The notes beneath the pieces are model-generated. The model saw nothing but the letters and a program-made list of their open reading frames with translations, made no database searches and was not told the DNA's origin. Below, in pieces: positions 1-12,719 of a DNA stretch of 64,000 bases. The translations under genes were made by a program, and so were the position numbers. The stretch is from Phoronis australis. Lineage: Eukaryota > Animalia > Phoronida. Location: the NCBI GenBank assembly GCA_002633005.1, contig NMRA01000009.1, positions 977,169 to 1,041,168 on the forward strand. Direction: 5' to 3'. Each line of letters begins with the position of its first letter. Position 1 is the stretch's first letter.

Positions 1-92
1 TCACATGTGGGTTCTTAAGAACGGAAAATTGGGCAATTACTTTGTGCAAAATAGGACAGATATAACAATAGCCAGAGTAATGCCCTACTTAC

Positions 93-200
93 CTGTCTGA
101 CACTGGTGATACATTTTATAAGCTGATTCATCACATACTAGTTCTTCATCATTTGCTAATTCCTGCCCAGGCAGATACACTTTGGCATCTACTGAACTTT
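93..200 (-). CDS. GRWD1: GRWD1 (glutamate-rich WD40 protein 1 / Rrb1) coding exon
   Basis: Flanked by cag|...|gtaagt, phase 1 to phase 1. Translates (E)SSVDAKVYLPGQELANDEELVCDESAYKMYHQCQT(G), matching the recalled human GRWD1 N-terminus VYLPG..L.EGEELVMDEEAYVLYHRAQTG. The gene continues left out of the window. Confidence 0.88.
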
Positions 201-658
201 CTGAAAAATAAAACAGACATGCAAAAAATTGAGATCTACAATTGTTTCCTCGTCCATCTTCAGCCTCCTATTACATACCTAATTTGCAATCAGATAAACA
301 AAACTTAATTGTAAAACAGACATGTTGCAACAAAAATGAGCATGCAAAATCATGAACAGTGAATACGTGGAGTCATTTCACTATCGAACCTTAGTCACCA
401 CCATCCCAAGCTGCTGTTTTCAACCCGACTTTGAAAGGTCACGTCAAAATTACAAACTTCTAACTGAAAATCAAGTAAGCGAGAGTAAATCTTTTCAGTA
501 AAGCAATAAACAAATTCCATTAGGTCCATTCTTTTTATTATGTATAATTAGGAACAATAAATCATGTTCAAAAGTAACACAAAGGATTCCATTCAAAACA
601 TGAACAAGGTTTTCAAAAATGGTGCGGCATGAGACTTAAACTGCACATCAAATCTATA

Positions 659-842
659 TTATCTCCAACTAACCTGCCCATCTCAGAGGAGCGGGGGTAG
701 GATGATTATCTCCTACTAACCTGCCCATCTCAGAGGAGCGGGGGTAGGATGATTATCTCCTACTAACCTGCCCATCTCAGAGGAGCGGGGTAGGATGATT
801 ATCTCCAACTAACCTGGCCATCTCAGAGGAGCGGGGGTAGGA
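659..842. repeat. 47-bp minisatellite, about 4 copies, in a GRWD1 intron
   Basis: Unit ttatctcc(a/t)actaacctgcccatctcagaggagcgggggtaggatga. Confidence 0.9.
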
Positions 843-996
843 CGAGTGGAAAGACAAACAATTTTAAGTAGAAATTCAAAAGGTAGTGCCATTTTGAACA
901 ACTTATTGTGCCCAAATTTGATGATAAAAAGTACTTACTTAAGCAGTGTCTTAGAAATTGCGAACACATGGTTCCAACTTGTGTCAAAGTACGTAC

Positions 997-1098
997 CCTC
1001 GCCGTCCTCCCCCATGTCTTCATCGTCATCATCACCATCACCATCAATGAACTCCACATCATCAGACACTTCATCTCCGTCATTCATTGCAGTATCTC
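997..1098 (-). CDS. GRWD1: GRWD1 acidic N-terminal exon
   Basis: Flanked by ctttctcacag|...GAG G|gtacgt. Encodes GDTAMNDGDEVSDDVEFIDGDGDDDDEDMGEDGE; its phase 1 end joins exon 200-93 in frame. Confidence 0.75.
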
Positions 1099-1951
1099 CT
1101 GTGAGAAAGGATGGGTTTAAAGACATAAGCAACCTCCTGAAAAATCCATCTACGGTTGAATGGAACTTATGAGACCAAGACATTGATGCTTAAGCCCAGG
1201 TGAAGTGTAATTTGGAGAAAATCCAGCATACATTTCGTATCAGGATGTGTCACAGCCTATATAATGAGTATTTTTGAAGGTCACGTGAAGAGACCAGAGG
1301 CTTATTCTTTTAAAATCTTCTTGTAGGTACTTTTTGTATTAGCTGTGAAGGTATCAATCATTCCAATTGAAAACCTTGTCTGACAAAAGTGTCAAGTAAG
1401 CTAGCACATTTGGACACAACTTGTTGCAGGCAACACGTCGCTTGCAATTTGTAACAGGGGCAACATCAGTCTCTATCACTTTATGAAGCCATTTAAACCC
1501 CACATATTTTAAACAGCGGGAGCCAAATTCCCGCTACCTGGTAGGAAGTATTCACCTCGTCAAAGATACAAGTTGCACTTAAAATTAGTTATAAAACCCT
1601 TCAATCTCTTCAGCAAATTCTTCCTTGTGCCTGGCGATTTTTACACTGTGCACGCCAAGGGGATACGACGTCATACCACCTACATTGTGCAGTGTTAAAT
1701 ATGGAGAGTTTCCGATTTTGGGAACTGAACGAGGGACTTTTCTCCGAGTTGGAAGGAATTAAATACATTGATGGCCTCCTAGTAGTGAGAACAGCATATT
1801 TAAATTTTTTTAGAGAATTATGCATGTAATATACATTATAAGAAAGCTCTTCCCGAGACTAAGAGAAAGGTGCAAAAAATTTTTAAAATCAGACTTACGG
1901 TTCCGGAGAAAATGTTTTTGTGTCAAAATCTGGGAGTCAACCGACACTCAC

Positions 1952-2087
1952 CTTGCCCGTTACAACCGTTTAAGTGAAAGACAATGCAACAAACGTCGTT
2001 TTCTTGCGTCATTCTCGACCTTTTGTAACAATGAAAAGTATGTTGTTGTTTTGAAAACAGTATGCTCATGTCACCGGCATGCGCCAT
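1952..2087 (-). CDS. GRWD1: candidate first coding exon of GRWD1
   Basis: aaATGGCG start at 2087 stays open to a phase-1 donor AAG|gtgagt at 1952. A shorter ATG GCG CAT GCC G|gtgac exon is also phase-compatible. The region is CpG-richer and promoter-like. Confidence 0.4.
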
Positions 2088-2287
2088 TTCCTAAATTTTG
2101 GCGACAGCTTCGCAGCAGCAAAAATTGTTCTGAAATTCGGTTTTTCCATATCAAAATTCCAATCACTTGTAACTAAATGAAACCAGTTGCTATAATTTGT
2201 TGTGACATCTACGCACGCTTGTGGAAGAAGTACTGTTGATTGAAGAATCGGGAAAAAAGAAACTGGCCAATAGGTGACACAATATTT

Positions 2288-2368
2288 CATGGTGCCGAAA
2301 ACCGTCGCTAAAGATCGCTCCACAACTTTATTGTGGAGCAATCTTTAGCGACGGCTTTCGGCGCCATG
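2288..2368. repeat. near-perfect palindrome (38-bp arms, 5-nt loop)
   Basis: catggtgccgaaaaccgtcgctaaagatcgctccacaa-cttta-ttgtggagcaatctttagcgacggctttcggcgccatg. Confidence 0.85.
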
Positions 2369-3436
2369 CTAAAGTCTTTAGCAACAGAACAGAATAATGG
2401 TAGAACGCCATTTTTTCCAACAGCGTTAAATAATTTAGTTTACTCAAGGAAGACTGTAGTTTTTAATGACATTAATTTTACCCGCATCAGCACAAAGCTG
2501 TATAATTAGTATACAGCACTGTACCAAGGCTAAGACCAGTCGGCTGTCGAATAAGATCGACTTATATGGAGGTAGGGAGGGCAATCGAAAAGTAGGTCAC
2601 GGTGCTCCATATCTGCCTCCGTGTAAAACCCACGTTGGTAAATTACCCGATTTCAGACTCCAAAGTTAACTATAAGACAATTTTGTGTTATAAATCGTTA
2701 TCTTAGGCTTTATTTGTAAGTTTGTAATCTTTTTGTCTCGAATTATCGCCGATAAATTATTTTTTGTAAGCTTTTTTTAACCGCACGACTTTCCGCCATG
2801 CGATCAACTTTCGAAAAAGTGCCTCTTGTTCCTCCTGTCCAAAAGAGCACTATACTCTCGAATACAAACATGAAATTTGGACAGGATGTAGTTTAGATGC
2901 ATGCGCATCTCCTCAAGTTGTTTTCTCAAAGTCAAGGCCAAGTTTTCATGGCGAGTTTTCGATAATCCGGAAAGCCTAATTTTGATCGGTTGGGAGATTG
3001 ATGTTTTTCCAGTTGCGCAATATCCCCCCCCCCCGATTTTTAGATGAAGTATTTATCACTCTTTTAATTGGTAATTATTTCTTTTTCAGAAATTCTGTCA
3101 AACTGCTGTGCATTGGCACTTTTCAAACAGCAGTCTTTAATTCACTAAGTCGCCGCACGTCAGCGCCACGAGCAGCTACGTTGAAGTTCAATGGCATCGC
3201 AACTTCACCATTCGAAATAAAGTTGTTACAAAGAGTTTTTGTTGCGTAAATGATGAAATTCTTCATGTTAAGAGTGATTTGTTTTCCCAAATGGTCTTTT
3301 GTCTACTTTCTGATGTTTTCTTGCTATGATACGATCTAATAGTACATGGGTGGCACCCAGCACCGAAAAAAGTGGGGGAGCAATAGCCTTTCCCAGCCCC
3401 CTGTTAGGCAATGATGTGTTGCCCATGTAGTAGTAT

Positions 3437-3600
3437 TCAGGGGCAGATCTAGGATTTTTGGATGGGAGGGGGGACCAGGGCAGAGTGTTACGCAGGCTTT
3501 TACCCGTAAGATATTTGCACCCTCAAACTGCCAAATGAAATCTGGGAGTTTTAGGGAAGGGGGCACTAGCTGACCCCCTTGCCCCTCCCCAAATCCACCA
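3437..3600. mobile_element. short degenerate MITE-like element
   Basis: caggggcagatctagga...ccaaatccacca termini with G/C runs, resembling common invertebrate caggggcggatc-type MITEs. Confidence 0.4.
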
Positions 3601-4097
3601 ATGTTGTCTTTTGGTTTGATGTGAAATTTCCTCCTAGCTCAGATGTATTTATTTCTGAGCTGATGTGTTGTTTTTTGCTCTTTACCTTTTAAGCTGTGTA
3701 ATCCATTTTCATCAAACATGAGGTTGATGATGAGCCTGTTCCATGTGCTAACAACACATTTAAAGGCGAAGGCAACCTTTTTCCATGTCATTTTGAGCTA
3801 AAATAAGGTTGGTTGGTTATCCTAGACATATTTTCCAATTAATTAAAGCTTTAAGTAATTTTATAAATTACTTGTCCGCTACTCCGGAAGTGACGTTTTA
3901 GGAGGCAAGCGGTTCCCACCACTTGGTTTTGCGTTGATTTTACCGTGCGAATCTGTTCTATTCTACATTTGTTTCGTGCCGTTTTTCAACAATTGTCGCC
4001 ACCATTTTCCATCAGCGAGTATTTTGCGGCAAGATAGGTTAGTAGAGAACTCAACTACGTTGGATTTAGGGATTGTTTAGAGTGTTGTAAGCTGAAA

Positions 4098-4409
4098 ATG
4101 GCTGGAGTCAGTGACCCGTATCACAGTGACAGTAGTGTGAGTGACGGAGACCTTGTTCACAGCAGCGGTGACGCGGAATTTTTTCACGGACATTCAGTGG
4201 GTGGGTACATGTTTGAGCCCGAGTATAACTAGGCAGAGTACACACAGGCACAGGCAGCTGTTGAGAGAAACGAGGCGGCTACTGAGGACAGAAGTGGTGA
4301 CACATCTTGGTGCAAATGCACTGTTTGCATTGTTATGCCTACCTCAATGGAATGCTTGTGCTGTTCAGAGTTCGACAAGGCCAAGCCACTACTGGACATG
4401 GTTAAGTGA
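4098..4409 (+). pseudogene. KolX (P2X7 cytoplasmic ballast-like Zn-binding protein) N-terminal remnant
   Basis: MAGVSDP...GYMFEPEYN*AEY...DTSWCKCTVCIVMPTSMECLCCSEFD. Carries the YxFEP and WCxCxxCxxMPTxxECxCC motifs, with an in-frame TAG at 4230. Confidence 0.8.
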
Positions 4410-5180
4410 ACCTCCAGCATACCACAGACAGAGGAACAACTGTCCCACTTGCCAGAGTGTCCCGCGACACACTCCCACTGGATGGTGACCTGAGCACCCA
4501 AACTGCTTACACCGTGTCGTGTGACTCCCTCGCCACACACCTGGCACCTTCTAAATAGCTCCAATACGTTACAGAAGTCCACAATAAACTTATCAAAGTT
4601 TAGCTCATCGATCTGCACGACGAACTGTCCTCTTCACTGGGTGTCGAACTGAGCCCACTACTCAATATCGCTGCAGGGCTGCTTAGAGGCTCTGGGCTGG
4701 AGAAAACAGCACAGGGCGAATCACTACTGGTTCCAGGAATTGCACGTTCTGGGGTACGTTCGGAGGCACGGGTGACAGTAGATGAAGTGCCTCCACTGGC
4801 TCCAGTCACTGTACTGGCCACAGCTCGCGAGGCTTCTCGCTTCAAAAACGCACTTCTCGGGGGTGGCGACGGGGCACTGCCGGGAATCAACACAGACGGA
4901 ATGGCATCCTTCTTCAGACGTTGTTTCACAGGGACCTTCATCAGTTCAGCGTACAAATCCCTTTCGTAATCGGACAGCAGAAAGTGCTTGCCACACACAC
5001 GGTAATTCTCCACAGCACTGCTTTGTAAGTTGCGTGGACCGGTAACGCTGCGTTCTCCACACGAATGAGGCAAGTACGGCGAAGTGTGTCATCCATCGGA
5101 AAGCAATGCAAAGGTACTCCCAAAGCGCGCGTGAGCCGATAATTAGTACATCCTGGTACGCAGCATGTTGACTGACTAGT
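4400..5180 (-). pseudogene. Kolobok transposase N-terminal remnant with THAP domain
   Basis: CCVPGC...LHCFP...RVCGKHF..SDY...RLKKDAIPSV (THAP C2CH plus AVP-like motif), then FIVDF..LELF..CQVC...WEC..GH..W. Frameshifted; the DDE core is absent. Confidence 0.82.
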
Positions 5181-5629
5181 AAATGAAAGCAAACGACGAC
5201 GGAACTTAACACAACCGAGGTAGAACAATGACTGACTCGGCAGCTCTCAAAGTCAGACTATATGAAAAGAAATTGGCGTGAAATGCTTGCCTCCTAAAAC
5301 GTCACTTCCGGAGTAGCGGACGAGTAATTAATAAAATTATGAAAAGCTGTAATTAAGTGGAAAATATGTCTACGATAACCAACCAACCTTATTTTAGCTC
5401 AAAATGACATGGAAAAAGGTTGCCTTCGCCTTTAAACAGCAAATCTCTGTAGAAATCGATACAAATTTTATAGACTCCGGTGACCTAAAGTCGTGAATAT
5501 AAGCATAAAAAGCAGCTGACTGTACTACTACCCAATGTCCATTAGGAAATGCTCATGTGATGTCATGGACATGTATCAGCCTTCACAAATATACGTGACT
5601 TTCCAGTCTTAACCCGTGTTTGTCTCCAT

Positions 5630-6995
5630 AAGCAGAGTTTTGAAACGGTCGCTCATATCGCCGGCCATTTTGAATGAGGCCCTAAAGTCGTGACCGTTTC
5701 GTTTAGACGGAAATACACGAAGTAAGGCCACACAAATCAACTACAGTGCTTACAGTTACTCTAGACAACATCAAAACGCATTGCATTGTTTGTTAATTCA
5801 GTTTCAGTTGAAATAAACTAATAGGTGGTCTGCACCCAATTCCGATGTGCACAGACGTTTTCAATGAGGATGTTTACGTAAAACGTTAAGAACCCAGCTT
5901 CAATTATCTCTCTGTATTTTATTGCTTTGGCTTTACAAAACTTGATCGACCCTGAGACATTTTGATACATTGTTCAAGCTACCCGTGGAGCGCGTGTTTG
6001 AACAAATCTGAACCATGTATATTTTCGAAAATATATTCTGAAAATGCACAAAAAGTGGAGAAATACGCTGTTTTTAAGATACATTTGAAAAAAGAAGCCA
6101 CTCACTCACTGTTTATTATCATGTTGTGAATAATCAACATGTCCGGGTATTCGGTTGACGTAAATTGTATAAGCAGACGAACGCTGGAAACTAAAACACT
6201 AGATGTCGCGGAAGAAGAGGAAATAAGACTGTTCACGACTTCAGGGCACTCACGACTTAAGGACCTCCGACAGTATAATACACACCACCATGTTTGTCTC
6301 AATGAGACGAGTTTTTTTTATGCAGCACAGGTTACCACAGCCATATCGTCCGGTTACCTATTTTCGTCAGGCTCCAAAGTTCGTCCGCCATCTTGTTTCG
6401 CGTGCAGCGTAACCACGCGGGACTTAGCGTTCCAATTTGGAGTTCTCGTCTGCACGTTAGGTACTAACTTATCGGAAGAGACACGTATCAAAGTAATGAG
6501 ACAAAAATCGGTGAGTTTACCGATTGTTTTTTAAAACCACTTAAAAATCAGTAGATTTTACTAATACACTTTTTTGTGCGTTTTCAGAAGATGTTTTCGA
6601 ATTTAAATTTTCTTCCGACGGGACACAAAACATGATCCAGGGTTTGTTTATGCAATGTATCTGTTTGTCCCAGGCACTAGTAGGATCTAGAAGGCCAAAG
6701 GAAAAATCCGCAGACAAATGCGATACGCTGGGTTCTTAACATTTTGCCTCACGCATTCACCATTAAACTGCATTGAAATGTTGTCCAATTGGCTTTTATT
6801 GGAAACCACAGTGCAGAGCTCAACATCAAAGCTTCAAATCGAGTTTATGTCAATAAAAACAGGCTGTTGCAATTTTCATTACTTCGTTGGCCTTTTTCTG
6901 CATGTTTCTCAGTTTTTACAAAAGGGGGCAGCATATGACGAACTTAGGTTTCACAATAAAATGGCTGCCGAAGGCAGTGCACATTTGAAATAACT
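5630..6995. mobile_element. old foldback element with long diverged inverted arms
   Basis: Nested inverted matches: 5632-5692 vs ~6930-6995; aaacgttaagaacccagc (5881) vs gctgggttcttaacattt (6727); ~6020-6078 vs ~6540-6602. Confidence 0.55.
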
Positions 6996-9621
6996 CGGCA
7001 CAAATTAAAGAAAACTTCCGAATCGATGAATACGGTATATCTGTGAGAGTTAAATCGAATCCTATTCATATCATAACTTTGAAGTGGAATAATTCGGTGA
7101 GTACAACAGCAAGTCGGTTTTATGCTTAGGCGGACGAACATTGGGCTCCCCAGTATATATTCTTTTATTTTTTACGAAATTATGCAAAAAGGCAGATATT
7201 TTACGCATAATCGTTGCGTTTCAACGGCCATTTTCTCGGTAACCGCTCACCCATTTTTCCTGATTTTTGCACCATTTCATTTCTCACATCAAGGCCCTTG
7301 ACAAGGGCATTTCAAAAATGTATGACACACGGGTATTGCAAAAAAATTTAAAAAACGTTGTCTTCCCTAATGGAGGTCGTCTTGTGAAACTGATTACATT
7401 TAGCAGTGTTTAAAGACTAATTAAAATACACGACCACACTAATACACCATTCCTGTGCAGTAACTTACAGTGACCTTGCTGACAATGTCGAAATGGCCCT
7501 CCTCAGTCAACGCCGTCAGTCTGTTGCAAGTGTTTTACTTTTAGACACTTTCCTTCACGTGTGTAGTTAGCATATTAGATAGCCACAGGCAGGTCTAATA
7601 TGTACAGTTGAAAAGAACAGCAAACATAAACTAAATTATACGAAAAAATACATTGATATATTTAAAAACACATTTGAGGAAAAAATACATTGGATTTTAT
7701 ACTTCAACCAAATGTATGAAATAATCTTTTTATTTGACTACATATAAACACTAACTAAGTGGCCAACGGGTCGACCAATCAGATAGCTAGCTACCTCGAT
7801 ACATCAACAAAATGTCACGGGTAAGTCGATAGCTCCAGCTTTGGTTTTTATGAATTGTGAATCTAAGCGTGGCGTTTTCTTTTGCTATGTAAATTAAGCT
7901 AATTTACACCGTGTTTAGAACAGACGGATAAGCTCATAACATCGTATTTGCTGATTCCGAAAACATCAGAGGCAGAGACAAACTGCCAGAGCTAGCTGCT
8001 AAACATTTAACAAGCCTGTCACTAGACGACTAGTGACTTGTGTCACTTGTGACGTTGTGTCAGACTCTTCAACTTTTGGTTTTGCGCATCGTAAGAGGCC
8101 GCCAATGTCTTTATTTAATTCCTTCCCACTCTAACTGCTGTACGTGAACTTGGAATCCCGCTTAAGATTAAGCGGACGTGGGTGTTGCGTGAACTTAATA
8201 CGCGAGGCAACTTGACAAGTTCACTCAAATAATCACGACAATCACGTGCATGTTCAATGATAAAAATTTGCACTGTAGTAAATTCCAAAGGTGTCTTACC
8301 TTACATCTTAGTTCCATGGTCGAGCTCCAAGTCAGTAGGTCTGTTTTAGTGTGCAGTCTGGATGTCGAAAAGCGCTCTGCATCCCAGCACGTGTATCGGC
8401 CGCAGGGCCGCTTAATTAATATTCTTGTTGCGCCCTCAGACATTGGCCATTACTGGCATATGGGCCGGACATCCGACATCGACAGTCTCCAAGACGAACA
8501 ACAGTCCTCTCTCGATGCGGACGGAGGGCGCGCACGGCTAAAGGCCAGCGCAGCAGTGAGACAGGTCAAATAATGTCTCACTACAGCACTGCACTAAATC
8601 AAGTTACATTTGAATAAAATAAATGTTAATTTTAACCAATCTTTTCAGCTATGGGTGATCATTTTCACCAAACAATAATCGATTTAGCCATTCACATATT
8701 TCTCCGGTTCAGCGACACAAGTTGCGGTAAATGAGAAAATGGTTGATCGTGAGGCCAATAATTACAAAAATTCTTTTCACCGAACAAAAATTTCACCTTT
8801 TTGCCTAAAAGAATATTCAATTCCAAGTTCACGCAACACTCACTGCCACTTAATCGTGATATTAAGCCAGATTCCAAGTTCATGCACATCAGAACAAGTT
8901 AAGTCTCATGAAAACCATTTAAAATTTGGTAAAAGCTTCTTCAACAGTTTTTATTATGTGATACGGGAATGGCTTCAATGAGCAATGATGCTGTACTCGA
9001 GTCAAGAGAAACACAAAATTATTGTCTATTTTTAGTTAATAATATGAAATATTCGCATTCATCAGAGAAAAGAAGAATTTAAGTTTTCTACTTGTCTAGT
9101 ACTCACCATGCATCTCTCATTAGCGATGAAGATTTGCTTACTGTTCTGTAACAAATACAGTGTAACTCATTACACCTCACAGCTCAACACTTCCAAAAGC
9201 ATGTTGTGATTTTGTGACAATTAGTAATTTCGATTAAATTTTAATTTCCAGTTCATGCTTTAAATGAAACTCTGCACTTGTCTGCTTCCTTGGCTATTTT
9301 AACATATACTACCTGCTTTCAATAAAGCAAGATGTTGCACTTGTACGGTTCAGTAAACAGGTCATGTCACGCGCACAGTTTAGTGGGTCACTTTGACTTT
9401 AAAAACACCAATTATGATTAAATAAAAAAATATAACGCAAAAGTTTTTACGGTATTAGAAACTTTCGGAAATTAGTGCCAATGTTTATTTCTTGCCATTG
9501 CTATGCTACCCGTTTCATGAATAGATACTTCCCGACTTTTTTCTTCGATGGCAGGTATGTAGCGCGCACTTCCTGGCCACGTGCTTTCAACACTGGTCAA
9601 TTAAGTTTTTTATTAGTCTTC

Positions 9622-9919
9622 GATTCGTGGTTTTCACATGTACAAATTTGGATTCCTGTTGAGGGAGAAGATCTGTACGGGAAAGATACAATACAATCCC
9701 GATGACAAATACACTGCGTCTGTTCTGAAAGGCCTGACCATAGTGGAACACGTTCCTCGCAAGATCAGCAAAACTTTTGCGTTCTTTTTGAAGCACGGCA
9801 GAAGTTTGAAGTGTAGACTTATGGTCATGGCTAAATACCGACATAGCGGTGAGGCTCGTGGTTTACAAATTCCACTGACAATGATTTTTTCAGGACTGTG
9901 GATCTTGTTGATAAATTGA
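9622..9919 (+). pseudogene. frameshifted HIRAN-like domain ORF in a DNA transposon relic
   Basis: IRGFHMYK / IWIPVEGEDL / YNPDDKYTASVLKGLTIVEHVPRKIS...FFLKHG...GLQIP across two frameshifts. A transposon-like end ...ggggcatgggcacttattagggcaaaaacggta follows at ~10066. Confidence 0.6.
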
Positions 9920-12675
9920 AGACATTAATTGTAGAATTTTAGAACTGTAGGTAAGACATTTTTCGCATGTACACGTTCATGGGCTGAGTGCTTGTTTTAT
10001 AGAAATCTGAAAACGCGTGGGGAGGCACTTATAGGGGCATGGGCACTTATTAGGGCAAAAACGGTAAATGTAAACCATGGATTCTGCTTCCCACATGGAA
10101 AACCATTGTATTTCAAGTGCTGGTTGTTGTTTCAGTTGTTAATACTTTTATATACATATGTCAATCTACTATGAGTGTTAATTACCTTTAAGGCTTTGAA
10201 AAAATCCACCATATTTTTTAAGAGTCCTCAATGGCTGTTTGCAGTTTATTGCAGTTTTGTGGTCATGGGTTGAGGAGGGAGAAAGACGCTCGAAATATGA
10301 AAATGTAGGAGGCTGTGTTGAGAAGAAATAAAAATATATCAGTTGTAATTGTTCTTGAAAAAATATTACTGGCTGTGGTGTTTTTTTATCCATAAAGTTA
10401 TCAAGGTGGATATATTATCACCAGTGTATCATATGACAAAGTACATGTACAAGCTAAATTTTCATGCATTATCTACAATGGATTCATGGTGTGCTACAAT
10501 CCATTTCGCAATTTGTAACCTCAAATGATCCATTCTGTTTGGGATCTGAATGGAACACATCATTGGCGTGCCCACTTTTATGAGTGCACGCTTGACGTGT
10601 GTTTGGAAACTGAGGAAACTGGAGGGGGATGAGGGGGGACAGGGATTGGTGTCAATGATAGTGGTGCCTGAACATTGTTACTTCTTTATTGGTTGACTTA
10701 GCTTGTAGTCGTAATAGTTCTTATGTCAATCACCTGTATATCCCTGAAGTGTTAGCATTCAGTTTATAACTCAGGGAATGCAAAATGTTGAGATGAGGTG
10801 AATAATTAAGTATCGTGATTTCAGATGAATGATTGTGTATCGTTATAGTCCAAACAGAATATCTCTGTACATTTATCTACTACTGCATTATGTAACTGCA
10901 TTATTTATCAATTTTTGACTGTTATGTACTGCTATGTACACCTGAAAGTTCAGATTTTGGATGTCAGAATTAGTAGAACTTAACAAGCTCAAATTGGTTT
11001 AACTAACCAAACATAATTTAAAAAACATGGGTGATTACATTTCTATAATAAAAAATAATAATAAATTATGGATGGTAGGTTATGAAACTAAAACAAAATA
11101 TGGATGATGAGGGAAACAGTGTGATGTCATTTGGTGCTACTTCTCATATCCCAAATGTGGATTTTGAATGCTGCTTACTGGTTAGATTATGTTAACTACA
11201 ACATAAGAAAAGATGAACACGCATTGAAAGTAGTGTTTCTGATATGCCCCAACCTATATTGTGTAGCCTGCCTGAGCAACACAATGAACCGACTTGACTC
11301 ATGTACACTACCGCTTATCAAAGTGATCCCGATATCCCAAAAGACAATGAAATTTGAACGAGAGAGCACGTCATCTTCAATCCCTTCCCATACAGATTTT
11401 GCTGGAAGACGGAGACCTAAGACACTGAATTGTGGAAGTTCAGAGTCTTCATTAAAGTTTTTAAAAGAGAATTAAAATGAAATTTAAATCCACATTTTTT
11501 ATTTTAAACTTAGAACTACTTTTGAAAAAAATTGTAAGATTCTTTCCTTATGGTTATAAGGACTTTGAGTGTCATGAATGTCTGTAAGACATACAAATCA
11601 AACCATGAGAGCTTGTATGTATGTTCAATATTGACAGTGCCAAACTCAGTTGTTGCACTCTGGAACATCACAACTTCAGCCTCATGGTACTGCTTAATGT
11701 GAGAACAATCATGTTCTTGTCATTTTGAAAACTTTATAACCTATACATTTGTCTTCAGCAATTTTCAATTTGGCCTTGAAATGGTTTTCTGTTCTTGTGA
11801 AGAACAAGCACTCATTGAAAACTATACTAAAACTGGAAGACATTTCTTCATGTCATTTTATGCACATAAACCAATACACCAGTACCGGTATGAGTGTTAG
11901 CCAAATGGGATAAATAAGATCCTTTTTCCTGGCACTAGATGGAAATACAAGGTCTTTGTGTTCAGCCTTGTGTTAGATGTTATTTCATGCACAGAAACCA
12001 ACATATGCCTGTCAGCCTAATGTGATAAACATGTTCCTTTGCCCTAACATTAGATGGAGACACTGGTTCTTTGTGCTTACTCTTGAGCTTTCAAAAATTA
12101 AGTTGTATCCCATAGGAATTAATGCCTGAATGAATTGATAGTAGTTTTTTTCAGTTTGCATCCATGTCATGAGTACTTCCTGTGAAAAGTATACATGTCA
12201 TTAACCTTGTCGGTTGCCTGCATGATATATCTTCCATGTTGTATGATGTTGTCACAGTTGTGATATGTCGTCATAAAAAGAAAAGCTTGTTGTTTCCATG
12301 GTGTTATTACGCACGTGTACACAAGCTGTTTCCAGGATGAAAGATTTATTTGTGTTTATTGATTGGTATTCTGGGAAGACAATGACGGTCTGGCTTATTT
12401 TGAATGTTCACGTAAACTTATGGATTCAAATTATGTTTTGTTTTTGTAATTATGTTAAACATATTTTACATACAGATTAGGAACTTTACGCACTACTTAC
12501 TCAACAAAAAATGCCTTTTCCGTTCAGTATTTCCCGAGTCCCTGGATACTGGCGAGAAATGGTCAGATTTTGTATTACTAAATAATGAAAATTTCTTCAC
12601 ATAAATGTGCAGTTGGTGAAGGTTCTGCTTACATTTCAGCTGTTTTTCCAGGTTGGTTGAAGAATGTGAAACAAC

Positions 12676-12719
12676 ATGGACGCACGTCTGCGCATTGGTG
12701 ACAACCAAGGAAGAAACTC
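12676..12719 (+). CDS. CCDC154: CCDC154-like start exon (MDARLRIGDNQGRNS)
   Basis: aacATGG start context; the phase-2 donor TC|gtaagt matches the phase-2 acceptor at 13635. Confidence 0.65.

Larger units (their letters stand above)
3764..5431. mobile_element. internally deleted Kolobok DNA transposon
   Basis: TTAA target-site duplications at 3760-3763 and 5432-5435, AG...CT termini, ~147-bp TIRs (3764-3910 / 5285-5431), and convergent remnants of KolX (+) and a THAP transposase (-). Confidence 0.88.

Noticed and set aside
3251-3313. Possible C/D snoRNA (ATGATGA...CTGA)
   Set aside because: No terminal stem, no recognisable rRNA guide, and not in a host intron.
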